Positions 10,366-19,673 of a DNA stretch of 64,000 nucleotides are shown here, piece after piece. Position 1 is the first letter of the stretch. Each line of letters starts with the position of its first letter. The DNA is taken from positions 96,001 through 160,000 of the forward strand of contig JAHPZA010000010.1 in the NCBI GenBank assembly GCA_019058445.1. Reading direction: 5' to 3'. A program made the position numbers and the translations under genes. Origin of the DNA: Promethearchaeota archaeon. GTDB taxonomy: Archaea; Asgardarchaeota; Lokiarchaeia; Sigyniarchaeales; SOKP01. Below the pieces are notes generated by a model. It had not been told where the DNA came from. It saw only the letters and a program-made list of their open reading frames with translations, and did not search any database.

Positions 10366-12201
10366 TTAGAGAGTATCTAGACCTAATTCTTTTAATTTTT
10401 CTGGAGATGGTTTGCCAGTTTCAAGATTAAATGTTCTATATTTGTAATATGCTTCTTTTAATTTCTGAAAATTAGGTGTTTTTCCAGCTGAACCTCCCTC
10501 ATTCAGAGGTTTGAGTAAGATCTGAGGTAATCTATCATCTGCGGGGCTAATTCCCATTTTTAGATTGAACATTCTTTTCATCATATAAATTCTTTCAGCT
10601 AAAAGTTTTAATTTTTCAACATCACATTCTATTCCTAATGCCCCTTGAATCAGTTCTGACGTCATCGAAGGAGGAGGATTACAAAATCCACATAATATTA
10701 ATGAATTATTCAATGCTCGATAATTTTGAGCAATAGCGCTTACAATAGCCATATCTTCGCCATCTGAATACCAATCAATCAATTCAATTCCAAGCTCTTC
10801 AAAAGGAAGTCCCAATAAAATTAAAAAGACATCGCAAGAGCAATGACAGGGACCTCGTGGAGTAGCTACTCCATAACCGATTGCCATTCCAAAGCATCGT
10901 CTTAAATCATGATACGGTACTTCCATTCCGTAAACTGTTGCAATTTCATCTTGAGGAATATTAAATTTTTTTCCTACAGCATCGGAGCCCTCCGCCATAA
11001 CATCGCCAATTCCTTCTCTTAGCGATATTTTTTTTATAAGTTCTAGTGCTGGTTTTACATCACCCCATACTGGCTCTAACCCGTCAATATCTTCGGTTTT
11101 TATTTTTCCGTTATTGAATAAGTAATAAATAAATGCAATTGTACTGCTCCCACTAATAGTATCTATTCCATAATCATTACATAACACATTCGCTCTAACA
11201 ATTGATTCAAGATTATCGTTTAAAATTAATGATCCAAAACCAACAATAGTTTCATATTCTGGCGCCTCTACTTCACCATCAGTTTTATATTCCCCCTCGA
11301 TTACCTCCGCTTTTTTAGCACAGCCTATTGAACAAGCAAAACAAGGGTAATTTCTTTTAAAGATTTTTTCTGAAGCTGTTGCCCCTGATATATTAAATGC
11401 CTCATCCCAGGTACCTAATGTCCAATATTTTATTGGTAGTTCTCCTTCCGAATTGTATTTATCTACGGCTCCAGCAGTACCAAGAATACCCATCATCTGC
11501 GATGCAAACGAAGCAGATACATTTTCTCTAATGTTTTCAGCAGCAGCTTTAAAACCGTCTGGGTCAGCGGGTTCATATGCTCTTTTTTTGGCTCGTACTG
11601 TAATAGCCTTCAACTTTTTAGATCCCATAACTGCGCCCATTCCCGTTCTTCCTGCTGCTTTTTCTTCTGAAGCAACAGTAGCAAATCTAACTAAATTCTC
11701 TCCAGCTTGACCTATGCACGCAACTCTAGTAAGGTCTGAACCAGATTGTTCTTTAAGAATTTTTGAAGTTTCATTTATACCTTTGCCCCAAAGTGATGAT
11801 GCATCTTTTATTTCAGCACCATTCTCAGTTATTTCTAGGTACACAGGATTATCAGAAGTTCCTCTAATGATTATTCCGTCATATCCTGCTTTTTTCAATT
11901 CTGGCCCGAAAAATCCGCCACAGATGGCCTCTCCCCAAATACCAGTTAACGGTGATTTTGCGCATACTGCAAATCTGCCACTGGTGAGTGCATTAGAACC
12001 ACATAATAGCCCTGGCATAAACATCAGTACATTTCCCGGAGATAATGGGTCCGTATCCTTATCAATAATTTCATATAAGTATCTGCAAGCATAACCAGTG
12101 CCACCAAGAAAATTTTTTGCTATATCTTCATTAATTGGCTCATCGCTTATTTCTTTAGTACTTAGGTCAACTTTTAACAGATTTCCAATAAATCCTTTCA
12201 T
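10366..12201 (-). CDS. aor: tungsten-containing aldehyde:ferredoxin oxidoreductase family
   Basis: FLGG.G, KSPLTG, AAGRTGMGAVMGSKKLKAI, CFACSIGC, PEYET, GIDTIS, DDRLP. Confidence 0.92.
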   Translation of the reverse strand: MKGFIGNLLKVDLSTKEISDEPINEDIAKNFLGGTGYACRYLYEIIDKDTDPLSPGNVLMFMPGLLCGSNALTSGRFAVCAKSPLTGIWGEAICGGFFGPELKKAGYDGIIIRGTSDNPVYLEITENGAEIKDASSLWGKGINETSKILKEQSGSDLTRVACIGQAGENLVRFATVASEEKAAGRTGMGAVMGSKKLKAITVRAKKRAYEPADPDGFKAAAENIRENVSASFASQMMGILGTAGAVDKYNSEGELPIKYWTLGTWDEAFNISGATASEKIFKRNYPCFACSIGCAKKAEVIEGEYKTDGEVEAPEYETIVGFGSLILNDNLESIVRANVLCNDYGIDTISGSSTIAFIYYLFNNGKIKTEDIDGLEPVWGDVKPALELIKKISLREGIGDVMAEGSDAVGKKFNIPQDEIATVYGMEVPYHDLRRCFGMAIGYGVATPRGPCHCSCDVFLILLGLPFEELGIELIDWYSDGEDMAIVSAIAQNYRALNNSLILCGFCNPPPSMTSELIQGALGIECDVEKLKLLAERIYMMKRMFNLKMGISPADDRLPQILLKPLNEGGSAGKTPNFQKLKEAYYKYRTFNLETGKPSPEKLKELGLDTL

Positions 12202-12360
12202 TTATTTTCGCTCCAAAATTTCCATTTTGTAAAATTAAAGTTTTTACATAATAATTATTTTTATTTCAATTTAAAATATCTTTTCTTCTGGAATTTATTA
12301 TATAATTTTATCAGAATATAGGAGAGAAAATATTCATATTATTATAGAAATTAAAGCCGA

Positions 12361-14100
12361 CTATTTGAAGATTTTCACACCAAGCTTTTCTAACTCCATC
12401 AAAGAATCCGTATACCAATTGAATTTGTTTTTTTCTAAATTTAAATACTTTAGTTTTCTAATTGATTTAAGTGTTTTAATGGGTTCCACATTTGTCAATT
12501 GGTTACTTCTTAAAAATAAGTATTTAAGTGATTTTAACATTCCAATCGATTCAGGAATTCTTTTTAATCTATTATTTCCTAAATATAAGTATTTTAAAGC
12601 CGATAATTTACCAATAGATTCCGGAATTTCTTTAAGCTCATTATAATATAAATACAAATACTTAAGAGATTTTAACGAACCTGTTGAATCAGGAATTTCT
12701 AATAGATGATTTTTACCTAAATCTAAAGTTTCTAATGTAGTAAGTAAACCAATTGTATGAGGAATTGTCTTTAATTGGTTAAATCCTAAAATCAAATTAT
12801 GTATTAATAGTAAATTTCCAATAGTATTAGGAAGAGAAATTAATTTATTATTAGATAAATCTAACTCTCTTAGCGAAGATAAGTTGCCTATTGATTTTGG
12901 CAACAATTTAATAATGTTTTTACTTAAATCTAAAATTTCAAGTGAAGTCAGAGAACCAATTGATTCGGGTAAATATTCTAATGCATTATCATATAAATCT
13001 AATTCTTTTAATGAAATCAATGAACTGATGGACTCTGGTAAAATTTGAAGCTTATTGAGAGCTACTTTTAAATTTTCTAGTTTTGTTAATTCTCCAATCG
13101 ATTCAGGAAGTTTAGTTAATTCATTTCGTTCTAAGCGTAGAATTCTTAGATTTGTAAGTCCTCCAATTGATTCTGGAAGTTCTTTCAATTTATTTTCCCG
13201 AATAGTAAGCCTCATGAGAGATTTCAATGAGCCTAATGAATTAGGGAGCTTAGTTATACTATTAGAGGATAAACTTAAATTTTCTAAAGAGATGAGTGAA
13301 CCCAATGTCTCAGGTAATGAAGTTAAATTATTTTCTTTTAGACCTAAATATTTAAGATTTTTAAGACCTCTAATAGAATCTGGTAACGACTCAATCTTGT
13401 TTCCTTTTAAAAAAAGAGAATTTAAAGAAGCCAAATCGCCTATTGAATCAACTAATGTCACTAAATTATTGTTTCTCACATTCAGTTTTTTGAGAGATGA
13501 AAATGAGCCAATTGAATCAGGTAATGCTTTAATATCGTTATTTCCTAAATATAATATTTCTAAAGAGGTAATAGAATTAAATTTCTCATTAAAAGTACTT
13601 AACTTATTTCCACTTAAATCAAGGGTTTTTATCTTTTTTAAATTATTCAAGGAATCCGGTAAATCCTTTAAGCTATTTTCACTTAAATCTAAAAACTCCA
13701 GATTGTTTAGAGATCCTATTGATTCAGGTAAAGTTTTTAGATTATTTGATTCTAAATGCAATTCTTTGAGGGATTTCAGGTGATAGATCGACTCAGGAAG
13801 TTTTTCCAATTTATTTTCACTCAAATCTAATATCTCAATAGTGGAAAGTGAACAAAACTCATCTGAAATTTTATTTAATTGATTCCCCCTTAAATAGATC
13901 TTTTTAAGATTTTTCAACGATGTTATAAGATTTGGAATAGTTGTTAGACCGCAGGAAAATAAACCTAATCCTGCTATATGTTCATTTTTTACCATATAAC
14001 CAAAAATATAATATTCTATTTCTTCAACTTCAGGTATCGGTCCGCCTATTTCGCTTTCAAGCTTTTCCAAAACTTTATGTTCTTGTACTGGAATTCCCAT
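12361..14100 (-). CDS. leucine-rich repeat protein (about 22 tandem 23-aa LRRs)
   Basis: Repeating LxxLxLxxNxLxxLPxSIGxL; no fused enzymatic domain visible. Confidence 0.95.
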   Translation of the reverse strand: MGIPVQEHKVLEKLESEIGGPIPEVEEIEYYIFGYMVKNEHIAGLGLFSCGLTTIPNLITSLKNLKKIYLRGNQLNKISDEFCSLSTIEILDLSENKLEKLPESIYHLKSLKELHLESNNLKTLPESIGSLNNLEFLDLSENSLKDLPDSLNNLKKIKTLDLSGNKLSTFNEKFNSITSLEILYLGNNDIKALPDSIGSFSSLKKLNVRNNNLVTLVDSIGDLASLNSLFLKGNKIESLPDSIRGLKNLKYLGLKENNLTSLPETLGSLISLENLSLSSNSITKLPNSLGSLKSLMRLTIRENKLKELPESIGGLTNLRILRLERNELTKLPESIGELTKLENLKVALNKLQILPESISSLISLKELDLYDNALEYLPESIGSLTSLEILDLSKNIIKLLPKSIGNLSSLRELDLSNNKLISLPNTIGNLLLIHNLILGFNQLKTIPHTIGLLTTLETLDLGKNHLLEIPDSTGSLKSLKYLYLYYNELKEIPESIGKLSALKYLYLGNNRLKRIPESIGMLKSLKYLFLRSNQLTNVEPIKTLKSIRKLKYLNLEKNKFNWYTDSLMELEKLGVKIFK

Positions 14101-14266
14101 TAGATTTGATTTCGAGGTATTATATTATTTCCCAAATAATTTCATAACTCTATTAAAAAATAATAAAATAGGGTACTATTTATTTTTAACACATAAAAAA
14201 CGCAGAAATAAGAATTAAAATCAAGAAAAATGAAATTAAAAAAAATAAGAGAAAGAAAACTACATA

Positions 14267-15466
14267 TTAAAAATCAATATCTTTTCCTTCATAAACATAT
14301 GTAAAAATTTTATTGTAATCCTCTGTATTTGGAGATCTTGGGCTCATTACGCTGCTAGAGCTTTGAAAGCAGAGGTTTACTAACATTTTCAAATTTTTAT
14401 CAAAATCATCTCTGGATATCCCTAAATCTTTGAGATTCATTGGTAAATTCACTTGTTTCATAAGTTCTTTAATTTTATCAACTATGATAAAAGCAGCTTT
14501 CCGATTATCATCAGCCCATTTGGCCCAACCTAGTTTTTTTGCACTTCTTCCTAGAATTTCAGTAGAGATATCGCTTTCATCAGGATTATTAAGACAATAT
14601 TGGGTGACATACGGAAGAAATAATCCTACAGCTCTTCCATGAGGTGTATGAAAAACAGCACCCCAACTATGACCCATTGAATGACCCAAATGGGCTTGTC
14701 CATTACCAAATCCCAATCCTGCGATAGTTGCAGCTTGATGTAAGTAATCTCGTGCTTCCATATTATTGCCATCTTTATATGCAATAGGTAAATATTTGAA
14801 TACAAGCTCAATAGCCTTAATACATAAAGCATCGCTAAACTCATTCCTCCAAACTGAAACTAGACCTTCTACAGAATGAGCAAGACTATCGAAGGCAGTA
14901 TCTCGAGTGAGCTCAGGCGGCATTCCTGCTGGAAAAATCGGGTCCACAATCGCATAGGTTGGGATTAAACCTTTATGGGCCTGTTCTAATTTTTTCCATA
15001 CCTCTTCTTCATACCTAGAAATTACTACTGCCCATGTTGTCTCTGCACCTGTACCTGATGTGGTTGGTATAGCAATCATCTTTGCTTTCTTACCTAAATT
15101 ATACAACTCCATATTAAACGGATGCAAATCATCCACACCAAATTCAGGATATTCATATAATGCCCAACCTGCTTTAGCAGTATCCATAACTGATCCTCCT
15201 CCTAATGCGATTATAATATCAGGCTTATATGAGATTAAGAGTTCTTTAGTTTTAAGCACTCCCTCCTCTGTAGGATCAGGTCTTACATCTGTATAGACTT
15301 CGTAATTCTTTCCATAACTGTCTAATTTATCGGTAAGGATTTTTAAATAACCAAGCTCTTCCAAGATTTTGTCAGTAACAATAAAACATTTCTGCCCAGC
15401 TATATTTTGCAAGAAATCAATAGCATCTTCTCCATAGATTATTCCTGGGCTAAAAAAATACCACAT
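14267..15466 (-). CDS. iron-containing alcohol dehydrogenase
   Basis: ALGGGSVMD, IPTTSGTGAE, DSLAHSVE, HSMGH, HG metal ligands. Confidence 0.93.
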   Translation of the reverse strand: MWYFFSPGIIYGEDAIDFLQNIAGQKCFIVTDKILEELGYLKILTDKLDSYGKNYEVYTDVRPDPTEEGVLKTKELLISYKPDIIIALGGGSVMDTAKAGWALYEYPEFGVDDLHPFNMELYNLGKKAKMIAIPTTSGTGAETTWAVVISRYEEEVWKKLEQAHKGLIPTYAIVDPIFPAGMPPELTRDTAFDSLAHSVEGLVSVWRNEFSDALCIKAIELVFKYLPIAYKDGNNMEARDYLHQAATIAGLGFGNGQAHLGHSMGHSWGAVFHTPHGRAVGLFLPYVTQYCLNNPDESDISTEILGRSAKKLGWAKWADDNRKAAFIIVDKIKELMKQVNLPMNLKDLGISRDDFDKNLKMLVNLCFQSSSSVMSPRSPNTEDYNKIFTYVYEGKDIDF

Positions 15467-15626
15467 ATATGGTTTCCACCTAATTTTTTTATTATGGATT
15501 TATTTTATATTAATTTTAAATTTAAGATTTAAAGCTTAAATTCTAAATTACAATGATTAATTATTAAAATTTTCGGTAACAATTTTCTTAGTAATCTTTA
15601 AATAAATTCAAAGCGAGAAATGAATT

Positions 15627-16052
15627 ATGGAAGAATCTGAAAAAGAAAATCTATATTTAACTTTTAAAGGAGCCATCGCGAGTATCATCCAAGATAAGCT
15701 AAAAAATCCTAAAAATATAAAACTGATAAACGAATTTAACGCAAAGTTCAACCTCGGATTACAGATTGAAGAAGATTATTATTTCTGGTTGAACATTATT
15801 GCTGAAAATGGAAATTACAAATTAGAACGAGGAAAATTAGAAGAATTTGATTTAGTTGTATTAGTAGAACCCATAGATTTATTATATTGGCTAAACCGAC
15901 AAAATTCAACTGTTCATATGGTAACCATAAAAAATAAGTTTGGATATAAGAAATTTCGGTTTGAAAAAGGTTCTGATGGAAAACGCAATCTTGGGATTTT
16001 ATTAAAACTTCCTAAAGTTCTAGTTCTCGATAAAGTAAAGAAACAGAAATAG
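15627..16052 (+). CDS. hypothetical protein, possibly SCP2-like lipid-binding fold
   Basis: 141 aa; beta-rich core (WLNIIAENGNYKLERGKLEEFDLVV) resembling SCP2; divergent from the ADH gene. Confidence 0.45.
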   Translation: MEESEKENLYLTFKGAIASIIQDKLKNPKNIKLINEFNAKFNLGLQIEEDYYFWLNIIAENGNYKLERGKLEEFDLVVLVEPIDLLYWLNRQNSTVHMVTIKNKFGYKKFRFEKGSDGKRNLGILLKLPKVLVLDKVKKQK

Positions 16053-16085
16053 TTTTTTTTCTTTTTTTTTTAGATTTTGCAGTTT

Positions 16086-17216
16086 TTATCTTCCCAAGTT
16101 TTTTAATCTTAGTTCAGAAATAATATCCGTTAATACTTCTAACATTTCCTCCAGATTCTTGAGAGTTATTTCACCCATATGCCCAATTCGAAATGTTTTA
16201 TTTTTTAGAGTTCCATAACCATTGCCAATTCGATACCCTTTTAAAAGCATTTGGTTAACCATTTTAGAATAATCGATATTAAAAGAATTTTTTATTGTAG
16301 AAACCGTATCAGACTCATACCCTTTTTCCGGGAACATTTCTAAATTTGCATCTCGAGCCCACATTCTGGTCCGCATTCCAAGCTGTTTATGTCTTTGAAA
16401 TCTTTTTTCTAATCCTTCACTATTTAAAATGTAATCCAATTGTGCCACTAAAGCCCTAATTTGCGGGATAGGAGGTGTATTTGGAGTTTGATGTACTTCA
16501 TTTTTCTTTTTTAAAGTAAGGAAATCAAGATATATTCCTCTATTTTTAACTTCACCTGATTTTTGAATTGCATCTTCCGAAATTGAACAAACGGCCAATC
16601 CAGGAGGCAGCGCAAAACATTTTTGAACAGATGCCAAACATACATCTATCCCTAATTTATCCACCTCTAATTTGACGCCAGCCATTGATGAAGTCGCATC
16701 AATACACACTAATGCACCTGAGTCTTTAATAATCGGAACGACCTCATCAATAGGATTATACACTCCGGTTGAGGTTTCATTCGATTGAAGGCAAACAACA
16801 GAGTATTTTTCCTTAGAAAGTGCCTTCTCTGCAAATTCGGGTGTTATTGCCTTACCCCATTCTACTTCTTCTTTTCTAACATCTTTTCCATTAGTTAAAG
16901 CAGTATCATACCATCTATTACCAAAAGCTCCCACAGATAAAACTAATGCTTTCTCATCTTGTTTAATAAGATTTCTCATGCACGCTTCCATAATCCCAGT
17001 GGCTGAGGATGTGAAGATTAAACAATCATTTTTAGTATACAATAGCTTCTTAAGACCCTCTATAGCAAGTTGATGCATTTCTGAATACGGTGTAGATCTA
17101 TGTGTGTCATTTGGCTTCGCTAACTCTTTCAGAATTCTTTCTGGCACATACACTGGTCCAGGAGTAAATAATTTGAGTTTTGAGCCTTCCTTCTTATTAA
17201 AATGTACATCAGACAT
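16086..17216 (-). CDS. class V PLP aminotransferase (serine/alanine-glyoxylate or phosphoserine aminotransferase-like)
   Basis: LFTPGP, NETSTG, DATSS, SVQKCFALPPG (PLP Lys), TP.TP, FRIGHMG. Confidence 0.9.
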   Translation of the reverse strand: MSDVHFNKKEGSKLKLFTPGPVYVPERILKELAKPNDTHRSTPYSEMHQLAIEGLKKLLYTKNDCLIFTSSATGIMEACMRNLIKQDEKALVLSVGAFGNRWYDTALTNGKDVRKEEVEWGKAITPEFAEKALSKEKYSVVCLQSNETSTGVYNPIDEVVPIIKDSGALVCIDATSSMAGVKLEVDKLGIDVCLASVQKCFALPPGLAVCSISEDAIQKSGEVKNRGIYLDFLTLKKKNEVHQTPNTPPIPQIRALVAQLDYILNSEGLEKRFQRHKQLGMRTRMWARDANLEMFPEKGYESDTVSTIKNSFNIDYSKMVNQMLLKGYRIGNGYGTLKNKTFRIGHMGEITLKNLEEMLEVLTDIISELRLKNLGR

Positions 17217-17363
17217 AATATCTCAGAACTGTTAAATTGTTAACATTTTAAAAGCACCAAAGAATAAATAGTTTTTTGAAACGGTTTAACTTGATACGTT
17301 AAAATATATGAATTTAATCATTGGATAAGGATCTCAATTCATTACTTTATTATAAAATTGGGT

Positions 17364-17741
17364 TTATTTAAAGTAGATATCTTCAACACCTTCAAATAAT
17401 TTAGAGATTGTTTGCAATACTAAAGGTGAAGTTTCATGATGGAGTGCCCATTTTAGAGGGTTTACACCCATTTTTGGAAAATGTAGTGCTATAATTTTAG
17501 CAGCTGTGACCCGGACAAACTCATTATCATCTGAAATTAAACAATTTTCCAGCAAATTAAAAACCTTATCGTTAATTATAGGTATTTTATTAATAATTTC
17601 CAAACATCTTATTCGAATATTCGCATCAGTGCTTTCTTCCACTAAAGAGATTAAATACGCTAAAGCCTCATTTTTATTTATAATATCACTAATTAACTTA
17701 GAATATATCTCGTCAGGATTTAATGAAGGAAAAGTGCCCAT
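17364..17741 (-). CDS. small HEAT-repeat protein
   Basis: LENCLISDDNEFVRVTAAKII and related helical pairs. Confidence 0.7.
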   Translation of the reverse strand: MGTFPSLNPDEIYSKLISDIINKNEALAYLISLVEESTDANIRIRCLEIINKIPIINDKVFNLLENCLISDDNEFVRVTAAKIIALHFPKMGVNPLKWALHHETSPLVLQTISKLFEGVEDIYFK

Positions 17742-17768
17742 TAATCTCTCATTTTTTATAATATTTTT

Positions 17769-18401
17769 TTAATATCGATAATGAATAACATTATTTTCAA
17801 ATCTAAAATAGGATTTTAATTCATCGAATTTTTTAGATGATTTTTCTAATTGAAATAATGTTATTTCAATATTTTTGGTGTCTTCATCAATTTGAAGAAG
17901 AATAAATGAGGGAATGCCACTAGCAATAAAAGACCATGCTCCTGTAACACTACCAGGATTTAATAGTAAAATTCCTTTTTGAGTAAGAAATATTTCTTCT
18001 TTATGAGTATGTCCAGAAATCAAAATGTTATAACTTTTTTCATTTATCGCTAAATATTCTAATTGTGAATGATCACCTCTTGGCTCAATTTGATGACCAT
18101 GTGTCATTCCTATAGTTAATTTATCACTGTCAGCAAGTTTTATATCTAAGCTTTGATAAAGCGGTGCACTTCTGTTTCCACCATAATAATCCATATTTCC
18201 TATAACTGTAAAAACATCATTATTTGTTTTTAAACTTAAAAAATCGATAAAGTCAAATGCAGTTATCAAATCCCCTGTAAAAAAAGTGTAGTCAAAGGGT
18301 TTAGGATCAGTTAATTCATTTAGTTTATTTAAAATTTCATCTGGTACGCTTTTGGCTCTTCTTGGAATATGCGCATCTCCAATTATTAAACATCTTACCA
18401 T
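17769..18401 (-). CDS. YfcE/Vps29-like metallophosphoesterase
   Basis: GDAHIP.R, TGD, GNMD, HGHQI.P.GD, ILISGHTHK, NPGS.TGA, IPSF. Confidence 0.88.
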   Translation of the reverse strand: MVRCLIIGDAHIPRRAKSVPDEILNKLNELTDPKPFDYTFFTGDLITAFDFIDFLSLKTNNDVFTVIGNMDYYGGNRSAPLYQSLDIKLADSDKLTIGMTHGHQIEPRGDHSQLEYLAINEKSYNILISGHTHKEEIFLTQKGILLLNPGSVTGAWSFIASGIPSFILLQIDEDTKNIEITLFQLEKSSKKFDELKSYFRFENNVIHYRY

Positions 18402-18418
18402 AATAAACTTAAGAGAAT

Positions 18419-19522
18419 TTATTTAGATTTCATTTTTTTATATTCCTTTTGCACAAATAAAGCCAGTTCTTTAGCTTCCTTATCTTTTTCAAAATGCTCT
18501 CGTATGGGTTCAAGAAATTGATTTAAATAGGTGATAACTGCAGGTTTTAAATCTGGAGGGTTTAATTTACCTTCAGCGTAATCTTTTTCGAGATCATCAA
18601 ATGATTTATATTCTACATTCCCTCCATATTTTTCAGGTCTTTCAACTTTAAATACATCCACTTTTTCAAATATGATATACTTACAGTATTCTAAAACAGG
18701 GTTTTCTGAAGTTTGTGTGGGAGGACAATAAGCTTTATTTATTTTACGTTTAATGTCTTTCAAAGAATCTAACATAAATATAGCATTATCGGGATCTGAC
18801 TTTGACATTTTAAGTTCTATAGTTCTATCGATTCCATTTAATTCGCTTGCAGGTGGTTTGGTCAACGCCATTAGCATATGATGGCTTATAGAAATTGGTT
18901 TAGGTCGGTTAAATATTTTTGCGACCTCCCTTGCTAACATATTAACTTTTCTTTGGTCTAATCCCAACTGACAAATATCTACATTCATATAAAAAATATC
19001 AGCACACTGCATTAATGGATAAAGAATTTGTGAAGCATATAATTTATCAGCTTCGCTTCGTCCCATAATTTGAGTACAACGTTGAATTCGACTTAATGTA
19101 CTATTAATGGAGATTTTTAAAACCATTTCCCAATATTTTGGATCTTTTACTAAATCAGAAGCATATTTAAATTCTACATTACTCAAGTCCATTCCACATA
19201 CTTTCCAAAGCTCTTTAAAGAAATCCCCAACTTTTTTTATTACATCTAAATTGCCTCCAAATTTTTGGTTTGCAGCGGCATGCCAATCAGCAATAAGGAA
19301 AATAAATTTAATCCCACATTGTGTAATTTTATTTACATTTATTGCTCTTAACAACCCTTGAGCAATGTGAATATTACCAGATGGTTCAAAACCATCATAA
19401 GCAATTATTTCCTTTCCATGATCTAATTTCCATTGTAACATTTCTGGTAATTCTTTCAAGTCAATAATCTCTTCTCCGACTTCTTGTAGTAAAGAGATTT
19501 TTTCATCTAAAGATAAGTTCAT
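18419..19522 (-). CDS. tyrS: tyrosine--tRNA ligase (archaeal/eukaryotic type)
   Basis: YDGFEPSG.IHIAQ, ADWHA, YPLMQCAD, GLDQRK, KMSKS. Confidence 0.95.
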   Translation of the reverse strand: MNLSLDEKISLLQEVGEEIIDLKELPEMLQWKLDHGKEIIAYDGFEPSGNIHIAQGLLRAINVNKITQCGIKFIFLIADWHAAANQKFGGNLDVIKKVGDFFKELWKVCGMDLSNVEFKYASDLVKDPKYWEMVLKISINSTLSRIQRCTQIMGRSEADKLYASQILYPLMQCADIFYMNVDICQLGLDQRKVNMLAREVAKIFNRPKPISISHHMLMALTKPPASELNGIDRTIELKMSKSDPDNAIFMLDSLKDIKRKINKAYCPPTQTSENPVLEYCKYIIFEKVDVFKVERPEKYGGNVEYKSFDDLEKDYAEGKLNPPDLKPAVITYLNQFLEPIREHFEKDKEAKELALFVQKEYKKMKSK

Positions 19523-19673
19523 CTGATCACTCTCTCAATTAATTATAGATTTGTAAATAATCTAATTGATAAAATCTTTTTGGATCTTAAATTGCCTTGA
19601 GAAATAAATTACATTAGGATTTGATTGTCAAATTCTAAAAAAATAAGAAAGAAAATGGTTAAACTAAATTAGA

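Noticed and set aside
12361-14100. 69-bp periodic DNA repeats
   Set aside because: Explained by LRR coding; not a CRISPR or other nucleotide-level array.
15519-15542. Inverted repeat AATTTAAG...CTTAAATT between ADH and the SCP2-like gene
   Set aside because: Nearly all A/T; expected by chance at this composition.
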